Shown: positions 38,283 through 47,602 of the stretch, piece after piece
Layout of the letters: each line of letters starts with the position of its first letter
Position numbering within the stretch: position 1 is the first letter of the stretch
NCBI GenBank assembly: GCA_947629825.1
Contig: CANRFF010000002.1
Coordinates: forward strand, 25,875-89,874
DNA length: 64,000 nt
DNA from: an uncultured Anaeroplasmataceae bacterium
GTDB lineage: Bacteria; Bacillota_I; Bacilli_A; Acholeplasmatales; Anaeroplasmataceae
Direction: 5' to 3'
Notes under the pieces: generated by a model
What the model was told of the DNA's origin: nothing
Seen by the model: only the letters and a program-made list of their open reading frames with translations
Databases searched by the model: none
Translations under genes and position numbers: made by a program

Positions 38283-41237
38283 ATGAAAGGATTTTTGTAC
38301 GGTCAAACGGAATATAATCTTTTACGGAATTCGATTCATTTAAAAGATTACGTTGAGTTTGCGCAACAGCATTCTTTTACTTTCCTTTCGATGACTGATC
38401 GCAATCTATACGGATGTTATAAATTTTACCGGCTTTGTCTGGAACATCACTTGAAACCGATCATCGGGTTGGAAATCGTTTATGAAGATTCGGACGGATT
38501 GGATTCGGTTTTATTGGGGTATGCACTCAATGAAATCGGCTATCGGGAATTATTGAAAATTTCGACCTATTTGAACACGCATCGCAAACCGGTCGGAATG
38601 GATTTTTTGAATTCTTTCAAAAAGGAAAATGTCGCTTGGATTGCCGTTTGGGATCAATCGATATTATCTCGAGGATGGCAGTCTCGGGAAATCGATTTGT
38701 TTACCAAACATCTGAACACGTTGAGACAACTTCCCCATTTTTATATCGGGTATTCTTTGACCAATCATCCGGAAAAGACGGAACATTTGGAAATCAGAAA
38801 GTATTGTGAAGAAAAAAAGATTCCTTGTCTTCCGATTCATCAAAGTTGTTATTTAAAAGAAGAAGATCGGGTGGTTTTTCGGGCTTTGACGCAAATCGGC
38901 GGCGAAGAATGGCCGATGACGGAACGGGATCATTATGAATTTTTGACCGAACCTCCGATGACAGCGGAATTGGAACATTTGATTGACCAAATCCATTTGG
39001 AACTGTTTCAACAAAAAATCTCTTTGCCGAAATATCCGCATACCAAAGGAGTACCGTCTTTTCAATTTTTAAGTGCATTATGCCAAAAAGGGTTGGTCAG
39101 AAGATGTCACGGAAAAGTGGAACCGGCTTATCAAAAGAGATTGGACTACGAATTGTCGGTCATTCATAAAATGAATTATGACGACTATTTTCTGATTGTT
39201 TGGGATTTTATTCTTTATGCCAAGAAAAAATCGATTTTGGTCGGTCCCGGAAGAGGAACGGCTGCGGGGAGTTTGGTGGCTTACTGTCTGGGAATTACGG
39301 AAATCGATCCGATTCGCCACGACTTATTGTTTGAACGTTTTTTGAATCCGGAACGGGTCAGTATGCCGGATATCGATACCGATTTTCCGGATAACCGTCG
39401 GGATGAAATGATACAATATGTTCAATCGGTGTATGGAGAAAAACACGTTTGTACGATTTCGGCATTCAATACGTTTTCTCTCAAATCTTCCGTTCGGGAT
39501 CTGGGAAGAATTATGAAAATGGAATCCGATCGTCTCGATGAAATGGTTCATTTGTTGGAAACCGCTTCGGATTTTTCCGAGTTGTTGAAGCAATTTGCCG
39601 ATCGGCCGGACGTTTCCGAGTTTCTTTATATCATTCAAAAACTGGACGGTCTTCCGAGACACGTTTCCACACATGCGGCCGGAGTGATCATTTCGGATCG
39701 GGAATTGGATGATATGATTCCTTTGCAGGAAGGTTTGAACGGACTTTATCAATCGCAATTCGAAGCGTCCGATTTGGAAAAGATCGGATTGTTGAAAATG
39801 GATTTTCTCGGAATCCGCAATTTGACGGTTTTAAGCAATATCATCGACGCCCTTCCGGACTGGGACATTGCCAAACTGAGAAAATTACCACTGGACGACC
39901 CTTTGACGTATCGTCTCTTGCAAAGAGCAGATACTTTGGGCATTTTTCAATTGGAATCCGAGGGGATCCGGAAAGTATTACGGAATCTGAAACCCGAAAA
40001 ATTCGAAGACTTGGTTGTGGTTCTTGCGCTCTACCGTCCGGGTCCGATGAGCAATATCAATGAATTTATTCGCCGAAGACATGGCGGGAAGTTTACTTAT
40101 CTTCATCCGTCCTTGGAACCGATTTTGAAAAATACTTACGGCATTATTGTCTACCAAGAACAAATTATGAAAATCGCCCAATCGCTTGCGGATTTTTCTT
40201 TGGGGGAAGCGGATTTGTTGAGAAGAGCCATCAAGAAAAAAGATTCCAAGCAATTGTTGTCCATTCAACCGATGTTTATCGAGCGGGCAGTTCAACAGGG
40301 GTATTCCGCCGAAGTGGCTCAAAGCGTCTATGACTATATTTTTCAATTTGCCGATTACGGATTCAATAAATCTCACTCGGTCGCATACGCTTTGTTGGCT
40401 TATGAAATGGCATATTTCAAGGCACATTATTTCAATGTTTTTATGTCCAACATTTTAAATAACGTCATCGGCGCAACCAAAGTGATGTATTCTTACATTT
40501 TATATGCCCGTGAACATGGATTGGAAACCGATCCTCCGGATATTAACCGTTCTTCTCAAATTTTCGAAGTCGGCGAGCATGGATTGTTTTTGCCTTTTCA
40601 GGCGATTCGTACCATTGGCGAAACCCAATCGTCTTTGATTCTTCAAGAACGGCAAACCAACGGAAATTTTAAAAGTTTCAGAGATTTTAAAAAACGTTGT
40701 CCTTCGATCAATTCTTCGTCTTTGGAGGCCTTGATTTATTCCGGAGCGTTCGACGGGTTCGGACAAACCAAAAAAGAACTGTTGGATTTGAAAGAATCGT
40801 ATAGTGAAATTTTTCTGAATCATTTGGATGATCAAATCGAAGATCACAGCGAATTGGACGTTTCGGTACTTCGGGAAAAAGAATTTTCGTATTTGGGGTT
40901 CAATCTGAAATACAATCCGTTTCGAAGTGTCGGAAACCTCTATGCGAAATATCATGCTCTCGATTTGATAAAAATCAGAAACAACGGCAATTTCAGAGTC
41001 ATCGGAATGTTCAAACAAACGAAAATTTTAACGACCAAAAACAATGAAACAATGATGGTCGGTGTGATTCAGGATCGTTTTTCCGAAATGGAATTTGTGA
41101 TTTTTCCGGCAACATATCAAACTCTTCAAAATAAGATTTCAACTCGGAATCTGTATGTGATCGACGGAAAGACGGAAACAGATGCGAAAACCCGTCGGTT
41201 GAAGTTGGTCATTCAACAGGTAAATCAAATAGAATAG
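38283..41237 (+). CDS. dnaE: DNA polymerase III alpha subunit (DnaE type)
   Basis: N-terminal PHP domain, PDIDTDF catalytic motif, GLLKMDFLG, and a C-terminal OB region. 984 aa. Confidence 0.93.
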   Translation: MKGFLYGQTEYNLLRNSIHLKDYVEFAQQHSFTFLSMTDRNLYGCYKFYRLCLEHHLKPIIGLEIVYEDSDGLDSVLLGYALNEIGYRELLKISTYLNTHRKPVGMDFLNSFKKENVAWIAVWDQSILSRGWQSREIDLFTKHLNTLRQLPHFYIGYSLTNHPEKTEHLEIRKYCEEKKIPCLPIHQSCYLKEEDRVVFRALTQIGGEEWPMTERDHYEFLTEPPMTAELEHLIDQIHLELFQQKISLPKYPHTKGVPSFQFLSALCQKGLVRRCHGKVEPAYQKRLDYELSVIHKMNYDDYFLIVWDFILYAKKKSILVGPGRGTAAGSLVAYCLGITEIDPIRHDLLFERFLNPERVSMPDIDTDFPDNRRDEMIQYVQSVYGEKHVCTISAFNTFSLKSSVRDLGRIMKMESDRLDEMVHLLETASDFSELLKQFADRPDVSEFLYIIQKLDGLPRHVSTHAAGVIISDRELDDMIPLQEGLNGLYQSQFEASDLEKIGLLKMDFLGIRNLTVLSNIIDALPDWDIAKLRKLPLDDPLTYRLLQRADTLGIFQLESEGIRKVLRNLKPEKFEDLVVVLALYRPGPMSNINEFIRRRHGGKFTYLHPSLEPILKNTYGIIVYQEQIMKIAQSLADFSLGEADLLRRAIKKKDSKQLLSIQPMFIERAVQQGYSAEVAQSVYDYIFQFADYGFNKSHSVAYALLAYEMAYFKAHYFNVFMSNILNNVIGATKVMYSYILYAREHGLETDPPDINRSSQIFEVGEHGLFLPFQAIRTIGETQSSLILQERQTNGNFKSFRDFKKRCPSINSSSLEALIYSGAFDGFGQTKKELLDLKESYSEIFLNHLDDQIEDHSELDVSVLREKEFSYLGFNLKYNPFRSVGNLYAKYHALDLIKIRNNGNFRVIGMFKQTKILTTKNNETMMVGVIQDRFSEMEFVIFPATYQTLQNKISTRNLYVIDGKTETDAKTRRLKLVIQQVNQIE

Positions 41238-41274
41238 GGATAAAAGTAGTGTTTTTGACATACAAAATAGTAAG

Positions 41275-42390
41275 GTGATTATTTTGAAAAAAGAACACTA
41301 TTTTTTATTGGAAACGGATTTGAACCGAGAAGTTGTTTCTCTATTTAAAGAAGAAGTTTTGAAAGACGATCGGTTTATACGGGAAATCAATGAAAATTTG
41401 ATAACCATCGAAGAAGGATATTTTATTTACGGATTTTTTACTGCCAAAATTGTCAATCAGGAATATTTGATTATCCGAAACGAACAAACGCAATCCGCCG
41501 CCATCGATGCAGAATATACGTTACCTTCGAAAGATTTTTTATTGAGAGGATTGAAACGGGATCAGGCCAAAAAAGAACTGGATTCCGTTCGGGAGTTGAA
41601 AATATTCAATTTGAAAGACATTTCCAAGCAGGAAAAAAATTTTTTGAAAGGTATTCAGTTAAAGGCCGAAGAAATGATTTGCGAACGGCACAATCTGTTT
41701 TTGAAACAAAAAGGAAATCGGTTGGACGTGGCACCGATTCGCGATTTCGATTTTTACGAACAGGAATTTTATTTGGAAAAAGTATATCAGATCCATTATC
41801 GTTCCAAAACTTCCAAAAAAGACTTGGTTTCGATTTATTCCGCCGTCAGCAATCGATTTTATCAATTGAATTTTTTAAAAACCAAAGAATTCGAGCAGTT
41901 CTATAAAAAATTCAAACGGCCGTTGGTTTTCCTTCCGGAAGAATACCAAAGTTATTATGAAAAAATCTGTTATGATGTCTACGAAAAAACCATCAAAGAA
42001 TTGAATTATTTAAAAGAAGGAGAACTGTTGAAAAAAATCAGACAGAACATTTCTTATCCGGAATACAGCAAATTTCGGGATTACTTATTTCAGGGAATCT
42101 TTTATTTTCGTAAAAAAGAATTGTTGAAGTATTATCCTTTAAAAAAGACGGACGATTTACAAAAATGGATTTTCGACTTATATTTGACTCTTTCTTTTCA
42201 AGAAGAAAGCGGGTATGAACTGGCTCAGTTGATTCGTGCGGGTCTTTTGGAAGAAGGACAGTTGTCTGCCCGGTTGGAAAAACTGAATATTTCTTACCGG
42301 TTGGGAAATATCTATGCCAAGAAGGAATTATACGAACATTATTCTCACCCGATGTATTATGATGAAAATGTGCTAAAACGTTACTCTTGA
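41275..42390 (+). CDS. Hypothetical protein, no recognisable family
   Basis: 371-aa ORF (GTG 41275, or TTG 41284). It is rich in K/E/Y/F, has no TM segment, and its codon usage resembles its neighbours. Confidence 0.5.
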   Translation: MIILKKEHYFLLETDLNREVVSLFKEEVLKDDRFIREINENLITIEEGYFIYGFFTAKIVNQEYLIIRNEQTQSAAIDAEYTLPSKDFLLRGLKRDQAKKELDSVRELKIFNLKDISKQEKNFLKGIQLKAEEMICERHNLFLKQKGNRLDVAPIRDFDFYEQEFYLEKVYQIHYRSKTSKKDLVSIYSAVSNRFYQLNFLKTKEFEQFYKKFKRPLVFLPEEYQSYYEKICYDVYEKTIKELNYLKEGELLKKIRQNISYPEYSKFRDYLFQGIFYFRKKELLKYYPLKKTDDLQKWIFDLYLTLSFQEESGYELAQLIRAGLLEEGQLSARLEKLNISYRLGNIYAKKELYEHYSHPMYYDENVLKRYS

Positions 42391-42418
42391 TTTCGGCATA
42401 TAATAATATGGTGATTTT

Positions 42419-42628
42419 ATGAATCGATGGATCATCATGGGAGTTATTCTTTTGATTCTTTGTGTTTTGGTCGGATTCTGTTTCTTGCCGAGCGAGAGAA
42501 TGTTTCGTCGTCAAAATCGGATATTGAAACAAAAATATCATTACAAAATACATCATTTTAATCTGATTATCTACACGATTGTCCTTTTTGTGATATTATT
42601 TTTCGTCATTTTGAAATGGGTCATATAA
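42419..42628 (+). CDS. Small two-TM membrane protein
   Basis: 69 aa with two hydrophobic helices separated by the basic loop ERMFRRQNRILKQKYHYK. Confidence 0.45.
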   Translation: MNRWIIMGVILLILCVLVGFCFLPSERMFRRQNRILKQKYHYKIHHFNLIIYTIVLFVILFFVILKWVI

Positions 42629-42729
42629 ACGGTATACGTTTTCTTAGATTTAAAATTTGAAATAAAGAAAAATCAATGATATAATAACACTGTATTACGA
42701 TAGCTTTATTTTTGGAGGGTATTATCAAT

Positions 42730-43920
42730 ATGGCTAAAAAAATAGTTTCAGATTTAAAAGTAAAAGGGAAAAGAGTTTTAATTCGTGTCGATTTCAACGT
42801 CCCGATGAAAGACGGAGCAATTACCGATGACACACGAATCAGAGCGGCTTTACCGACGATTGAATATGTGTTGAAAAACGGAGGAAAAGCCATTGTATTT
42901 TCGCACTTGGGACGGATCAAAGAAGAAGCCGATCTTGCGAAAAACGATTTGCGACCGGTCGCAAAAAGATTGGAAGAATTACTTCATCAACCGGTTCAAT
43001 TTGTAAACGCAACCAGAGGAGCGGAATTGGAATCTGCAGCATCTCATCTCAAAGAGGGTGAGGTTTTGATGTTCCAAAATACAAGATATGAAGATTTAGA
43101 CGGCAAAAAAGAATCCAAAAACGATCCGGAATTGGGAAAATACTGGGCGTCTTTGGGAGATGTTTTTGTCAATGACGCATTCGGTACCGCCCATCGTGCT
43201 GCCGCATCGAATGTGGGAATTGCCGCCAATGTTTCCGAAACCGCTGCCGGATTTTTGCTTGAAAAAGAAATCCGTTATATCGGTGGCGCCGTAGATCATC
43301 CGAATCGTCCGTATGTAGCGATTTTGGGTGGTGCGAAAGTTTCCGACAAAATCGGAGTGATTGAAGCATTGTGTGAAAAAGCCGATAAGATTTTAATCGG
43401 CGGAGCCATGATGTTTACATTCTTAAAGGCTCAGGGGAAAAATATCGGAACTTCCAAATGCGAAGACGACAAATTGGATTTGGCCAATGAATTATTGGCA
43501 AAAGCCGGAAAGAAATTGGTATTGCCGGTGGATGCGGTATGTACCAAAGAGTTTGCCGATGTCTGCGGTGTTGTGAAGTCTGTCGATGAATTTGCCGCTG
43601 ATGATATGGGATTGGATATCGGACCGAAAACATTGGAATTGTTCAAAAAAGAGTTGGCCGGTGCCAAAACAGTGGTATGGAACGGACCGATGGGCGTTTT
43701 CGAAATGAAAAATTTCGCAGCCGGGACGATCGGTGTATGCGAATTATTGGCTCAATTGAAAGATGCCAATACGATTATCGGTGGAGGAGATTCCGCCGCA
43801 GCTGCCGAATCTTTGGGATATGCAGACAAATTCTCTCATATTTCCACCGGTGGCGGAGCGTCTTTGGAATATTTGGAAGGAAAAGAACTTCCGGGAATTA
43901 CCTGTGTTGATGAAAAGTAG
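42730..43920 (+). CDS. pgk: Phosphoglycerate kinase
   Basis: [25 protein letters not shown] start; the FGTAHRA and GGGDS motifs are present. Confidence 0.97.
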   Translation: MAKKIVSDLKVKGKRVLIRVDFNVPMKDGAITDDTRIRAALPTIEYVLKNGGKAIVFSHLGRIKEEADLAKNDLRPVAKRLEELLHQPVQFVNATRGAELESAASHLKEGEVLMFQNTRYEDLDGKKESKNDPELGKYWASLGDVFVNDAFGTAHRAAASNVGIAANVSETAAGFLLEKEIRYIGGAVDHPNRPYVAILGGAKVSDKIGVIEALCEKADKILIGGAMMFTFLKAQGKNIGTSKCEDDKLDLANELLAKAGKKLVLPVDAVCTKEFADVCGVVKSVDEFAADDMGLDIGPKTLELFKKELAGAKTVVWNGPMGVFEMKNFAAGTIGVCELLAQLKDANTIIGGGDSAAAAESLGYADKFSHISTGGGASLEYLEGKELPGITCVDEK

Positions 43921-43943
43921 TAAATGAGGAGGGAGACAAATCA

Positions 43944-44192
43944 ATGACAAAACAAATATTGGTAAAAAGTACGGTCGGATTACATGCGAGTTTGGCTGCC
44001 AAAGTAGTTCAAGCGGCATCGAAATATTCCGTGGATATCAACTTGCATTATCACAATAAAGTAATCGATGTAAAATCTATCTTGGGACTGATGAGTCTGG
44101 CAATTCCAAAAGGAGAAAATGTTATTGTTGAAGCAACCGGTGATCAGGCTGAAGCGGCCATTGCGGATATTGCTTCGATTTTGGAAAAATAA
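43944..44192 (+). CDS. HPr-family phosphocarrier-like protein
   Basis: 82 aa. GLHASLAA contains His14 (equivalent to His15), and KSILGLMSL contains Ser45 (equivalent to Ser46). It is colinear with HPr/Crh. Confidence 0.85.
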   Translation: MTKQILVKSTVGLHASLAAKVVQAASKYSVDINLHYHNKVIDVKSILGLMSLAIPKGENVIVEATGDQAEAAIADIASILEK

Positions 44193-44205
44193 CATTGTGA
44201 AGCAA

Positions 44206-44967
44206 ATGAGAAAACCGGTTATGGCAGGAAACTGGAAAATGAATAAGACGCGGGACGAAGCGTTACAATTCATTTATTCGGTCAGTGATAAGTTGCCATC
44301 TTGCAAAAAATTGGATTCTATTATTTGTGCTCCGGCAATTATATTGCGTGATCTGGTCAAAAGACAAGGCGATGATTTGAAAATCGGAGCTCAGAATATG
44401 CATTTTGCCGAACACGGAGCGTATACCGGAGAAATATCGCCGTCGATGTTGGTTACCACCGGAGTGGAATATGTCATTCTGGGACATAGCGAAAGAAGAG
44501 CGATGTTTTCCGAAACCGATCAGACAGTCAATTTGAAAATCAAAGCGGCACTGGCACATCAGTTAAAGCCGATCGTTTGTTGCGGAGAATCTTTGGTTGA
44601 ACGGGAAAATAATCAAACTCATCAGGTTTTGACGACGCAAATTACCGAAGCATTGAAAGGAATTTCCGAAGAAGAATTGGCGTCTTTGATTATTGCTTAC
44701 GAGCCGATTTGGGCCATCGGAACGGGAAAAGTCGCTTCCAGTGAAACGGCAGATGAGGCTTGCGGATATATTCGCGAATTGATTCGGAAGTTGTATTCTT
44801 CCGAAGCCGCAGATCAGATTCGAATTCTATATGGCGGATCTGTTTCGACGAAAAGTGTTGATGAATTGATGGCTCAGCCGAATATTGACGGAGGTCTTGT
44901 CGGCGGGGCATCTTTGGATCCGGACAGTTTTATTGAACTGTGTCAAAAAGCAGTAAAGAATCAATAA
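44206..44967 (+). CDS. tpiA: Triosephosphate isomerase
   Basis: MAGNWKMN, GHSERR, AYEPIWAIGTG and YGGS motifs. The start is placed at ATG 44206. Confidence 0.96.
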   Translation: MRKPVMAGNWKMNKTRDEALQFIYSVSDKLPSCKKLDSIICAPAIILRDLVKRQGDDLKIGAQNMHFAEHGAYTGEISPSMLVTTGVEYVILGHSERRAMFSETDQTVNLKIKAALAHQLKPIVCCGESLVERENNQTHQVLTTQITEALKGISEEELASLIIAYEPIWAIGTGKVASSETADEACGYIRELIRKLYSSEAADQIRILYGGSVSTKSVDELMAQPNIDGGLVGGASLDPDSFIELCQKAVKNQ

Positions 44968-44974
44968 GAAAACA

Positions 44975-45008
44975 AAAAACGATGTATGTGCAAATACATC
45001 GTTTTTCT
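44975..45008. terminator. Bidirectional terminator between tpiA and the convergent methyltransferase gene
   Basis: AAACGATGTAT (44977-44987) pairs with ATACATCGTTT (44994-45004). An A-run and a T-run flank the stem. Confidence 0.75.
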
Positions 45009-45042
45009 TTTGACAAAAATACCACTTTGAATGTGATAAAAT

Positions 45043-45825
45043 TTATTTGTTTTTCCGTTTCATATAGGCTTCGTAAACCAGAATCGAAGCTGCAACGGAA
45101 ACATTCAGACTGTGATTGTTTCCTTCCATGGGAATAAACACTTTGTGATGAGGGTGTTGATACCAGTCGGCTTGGATTCCGAATCGTTCGTTTCCGACGA
45201 CAATGGCGATTTTGTCGGCATAGTCATACGCTTGATAATTTTCTCCGAGAAGCGGTTCTCCCAAATAAATTTGAAAATTCTGTTCCAGAAGAAAGTCTAC
45301 GGCTTGGGAATAGGTGCATTCCACCGTCGGAATAATCAGTTGTGTTCCTCTGGCGGCCGCCGTTACTTTGGGATGACCTCTTTTGGAAATCGGATCCAAA
45401 AGTAATACGCCGTCTACCTTACAGGCGTCCAATGTCCGATAAATCGTGCCGATGTTTCCCGGAAGTTCCAAATGATCCAAAACGACCAAAAACGATTTGT
45501 TTTTGAACTCTTCCAAAGAAGAATAAGGAATTTGGATGACACCCAGAATTCCGATATGATTTTCTTTTGTTTTCAAAAGGGAATACGTGTGATCGGAAAT
45601 TTCGTAGGTGCATTCTGCCCGTTGTTTTAAGGTTTCAAGCAATTTGGCAGTATCGTCGTGATAGTTTTGTTCGTAAGAGTAGAGAACATAAGGAAGTTTT
45701 AATGAATAAGCACAAGCCAATTTCAAAACTTCCAAGTCGTCGGTATAAATATATTCGGAAGAAGCGGATTTTTTGATTTTTTTCAAAAATTGAATTACTT
45801 CATGGTTTTTCCCTATTTTTTCCAT
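45043..45825 (-). CDS. SpoU/TrmH-family RNA 2'-O-methyltransferase
   Basis: LPGNIGTIYRT, VVGNERFG and HSLNVSVAASILVYE motifs. Confidence 0.8.
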   Translation of the reverse strand: MEKIGKNHEVIQFLKKIKKSASSEYIYTDDLEVLKLACAYSLKLPYVLYSYEQNYHDDTAKLLETLKQRAECTYEISDHTYSLLKTKENHIGILGVIQIPYSSLEEFKNKSFLVVLDHLELPGNIGTIYRTLDACKVDGVLLLDPISKRGHPKVTAAARGTQLIIPTVECTYSQAVDFLLEQNFQIYLGEPLLGENYQAYDYADKIAIVVGNERFGIQADWYQHPHHKVFIPMEGNNHSLNVSVAASILVYEAYMKRKNK

Positions 45826-45897
45826 AAAATCACCGGTAAAATTATAACATAATTCTTGAAAATATGATATAATATAAAAAATTAAAGGAGGAATTCT

Positions 45898-46206
45898 ATG
45901 ACTTGGCGTACAAAAATCATTACGGCAACTCCGATCATAACGCTGATTGTTTATTTGTTATTGGGATTCTGCGCAGATGCATGGCATCCGGGATGGGTGG
46001 TTTTTTTCGCCATTCCCATTGTGCCGATGTTATTGGGGAAAAAGACCGTTGCGGCGGTGTATCCCGTTTTGTGCTGTATTGCTTATCTGGTGATGGGATT
46101 GGTTTGGAAACTGTGGCACCCCGGTTGGATAGTGTTTTTAACGATTCCCGTTGTCGAAATCTTTTTCGATGGAAATACAAAACATAAAAAAGTTCATATC
46201 GAATAA
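45898..46206 (+). CDS. Small membrane protein with an internal two-fold repeat
   Basis: 102 aa. AWHPGWVVFFAIPIVPM and LWHPGWIVFLTIPVVEI are repeated about 43 residues apart. Confidence 0.5.
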   Translation: MTWRTKIITATPIITLIVYLLLGFCADAWHPGWVVFFAIPIVPMLLGKKTVAAVYPVLCCIAYLVMGLVWKLWHPGWIVFLTIPVVEIFFDGNTKHKKVHIE

Positions 46207-46240
46207 AAAAAAACAAGAACATTTCGTTCTTGTTTTTCTT
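46205..46240. terminator. Bidirectional terminator (rpsD and the membrane protein gene)
   Basis: AAACAAGAAC (46211-46220) pairs with GTTCTTGTTT (46226-46235). An A-run and a T-run flank the stem. Confidence 0.75.
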
Positions 46241-46243
46241 TGA

Positions 46244-46843
46244 TTATCTGTTGTAAAGTTCGACAATCAGCTGTTCATTGATTTCCGGTAAGAATTCATC
46301 TCTTTCCGGAAGTCTTACCAATGTTCCTTCCAACTTATTTTCATCGAAAGATAAGTATTCCGGTCTGGAAATTTTTGCTTCCAGGGCTGCTTTTACAATC
46401 GTAAAGTTTTTTGCTTTTTCTTTTAATGAAATCGTTTGGCCAGCATGAAGACGATAAGACGGAATATCCACTTTTTTTCCGTTGACCAAAACATGACCAT
46501 GGTTTACCAACTGACGAGCCTGTGCTCTGGTTACGGCAAATCCCAACCGATAAACCAGATTGTCCAAACGGGTTTCCAATAATTTCACAAAGTTGACACC
46601 GGTTTTTCCTTCCAATTTGGAAGCCTCGTTAAATGTCTTCTTGAATTGTTTTTCGGAAACGCCGTAAGTAAATCTTACTTTTTGTTTTTCCTGTAACTGA
46701 GTGGCATATTCACTGGCTTTTTTCCGTTTGTTTCCGTGTTGTCCCGGTGCATAAGGTCTTTTTGCCAATTCTTTTCCCGTTTCGGAAATCGAATAGTTCA
46801 AACGACGTGCGATTTTCCAAGTGGAACCTGTAAATCTTGACAT
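46244..46843 (-). CDS. rpsD: 30S ribosomal protein S4
   Basis: 199 aa: [16 protein letters not shown]...S4 domain [26 protein letters not shown]. Confidence 0.97.
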   Translation of the reverse strand: MSRFTGSTWKIARRLNYSISETGKELAKRPYAPGQHGNKRKKASEYATQLQEKQKVRFTYGVSEKQFKKTFNEASKLEGKTGVNFVKLLETRLDNLVYRLGFAVTRAQARQLVNHGHVLVNGKKVDIPSYRLHAGQTISLKEKAKNFTIVKAALEAKISRPEYLSFDENKLEGTLVRLPERDEFLPEINEQLIVELYNR

Positions 46844-46864
46844 TTCTTTTTCCTCCTTTTTTTG

Positions 46865-47000
46865 ATTTCGGAGTAAAAATGATTCGCTAAAAATTCATAG
46901 GTTATCTTAAATTATGCTTTCACCATAAAGCAGCGAAGATTACTTGCAATGCCTTTTAGGCTTTAAGATAATGGCTATGTGATAACGAAAGCTGCTTTTT
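46865..47000 (-). promoter_or_regulatory. Structured rpsD 5' leader (candidate S4 autoregulatory element)
   Basis: A 170-nt untranslated gap with three complementary pairs (+ strand coordinates): 46902-46911 with 46962-46971; 46927-46934 with 46991-46998; and the hairpin 46951-46954 with 46958-46961. Confidence 0.45.
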
Positions 47001-47015
47001 ACCCACGCTTGATTA

Positions 47016-47498
47016 TTATATCATATTCATTTTGGAAACGTCAACAATTTTATTCAATTCTTCGGTGATTTCTCGGACGATTTCTTCTAATATTCTTTGA
47101 TCTTCTTTGGTAAAACGACAAACAATCGGAGAATCGATGTCCAAAAGTCCGTATAATTGCCCATTCAGAAGAATCGGAATGCAGATTTCACTGTTCGAAG
47201 CGGAATCACAAGCGATATGAGTAGGAAAATCATGGACATTATCCACAACGATGGTTTCTTTTTTTTCGGCACAGGTACCGCAGACTCCTTTGGAAAACGC
47301 AATTTCCGTACAAGCGACTTTTCCCTGAAACGGTCCCAATAAAAGTTTTCCGTTTTTATTCAAATAAAAACCGACCCAATTAACTTGTTTCAAATGCTGA
47401 TACAAAACAGCGCAAGCATTGGCAAGCAGTGTAATGTCATAACAACTTCCCGCAATGACGGAGACGATTTCTTTTTTTAAAATCGAATCATTTGTCAT
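47016..47498 (-). CDS. GAF-domain free methionine-(R)-sulfoxide reductase-like protein
   Basis: GVCGTCA...VDNVHDFPTHIACDSASNSEICIPI matches the fRMsr/YtsP three-Cys signature. The start is ATG 47498, after a GAGGTG RBS. Confidence 0.8.
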   Translation of the reverse strand: MTNDSILKKEIVSVIAGSCYDITLLANACAVLYQHLKQVNWVGFYLNKNGKLLLGPFQGKVACTEIAFSKGVCGTCAEKKETIVVDNVHDFPTHIACDSASNSEICIPILLNGQLYGLLDIDSPIVCRFTKEDQRILEEIVREITEELNKIVDVSKMNMI

Positions 47499-47602
47499 AA
47501 AAATCACCTCAATTTATTATATCTGAAAAATGGGCTTTCAACAAGAAATTCTTTTGCAGTTCGATAAAGCCTATGTTATAATTTTACCGAGGTGTATGTG
47601 AG

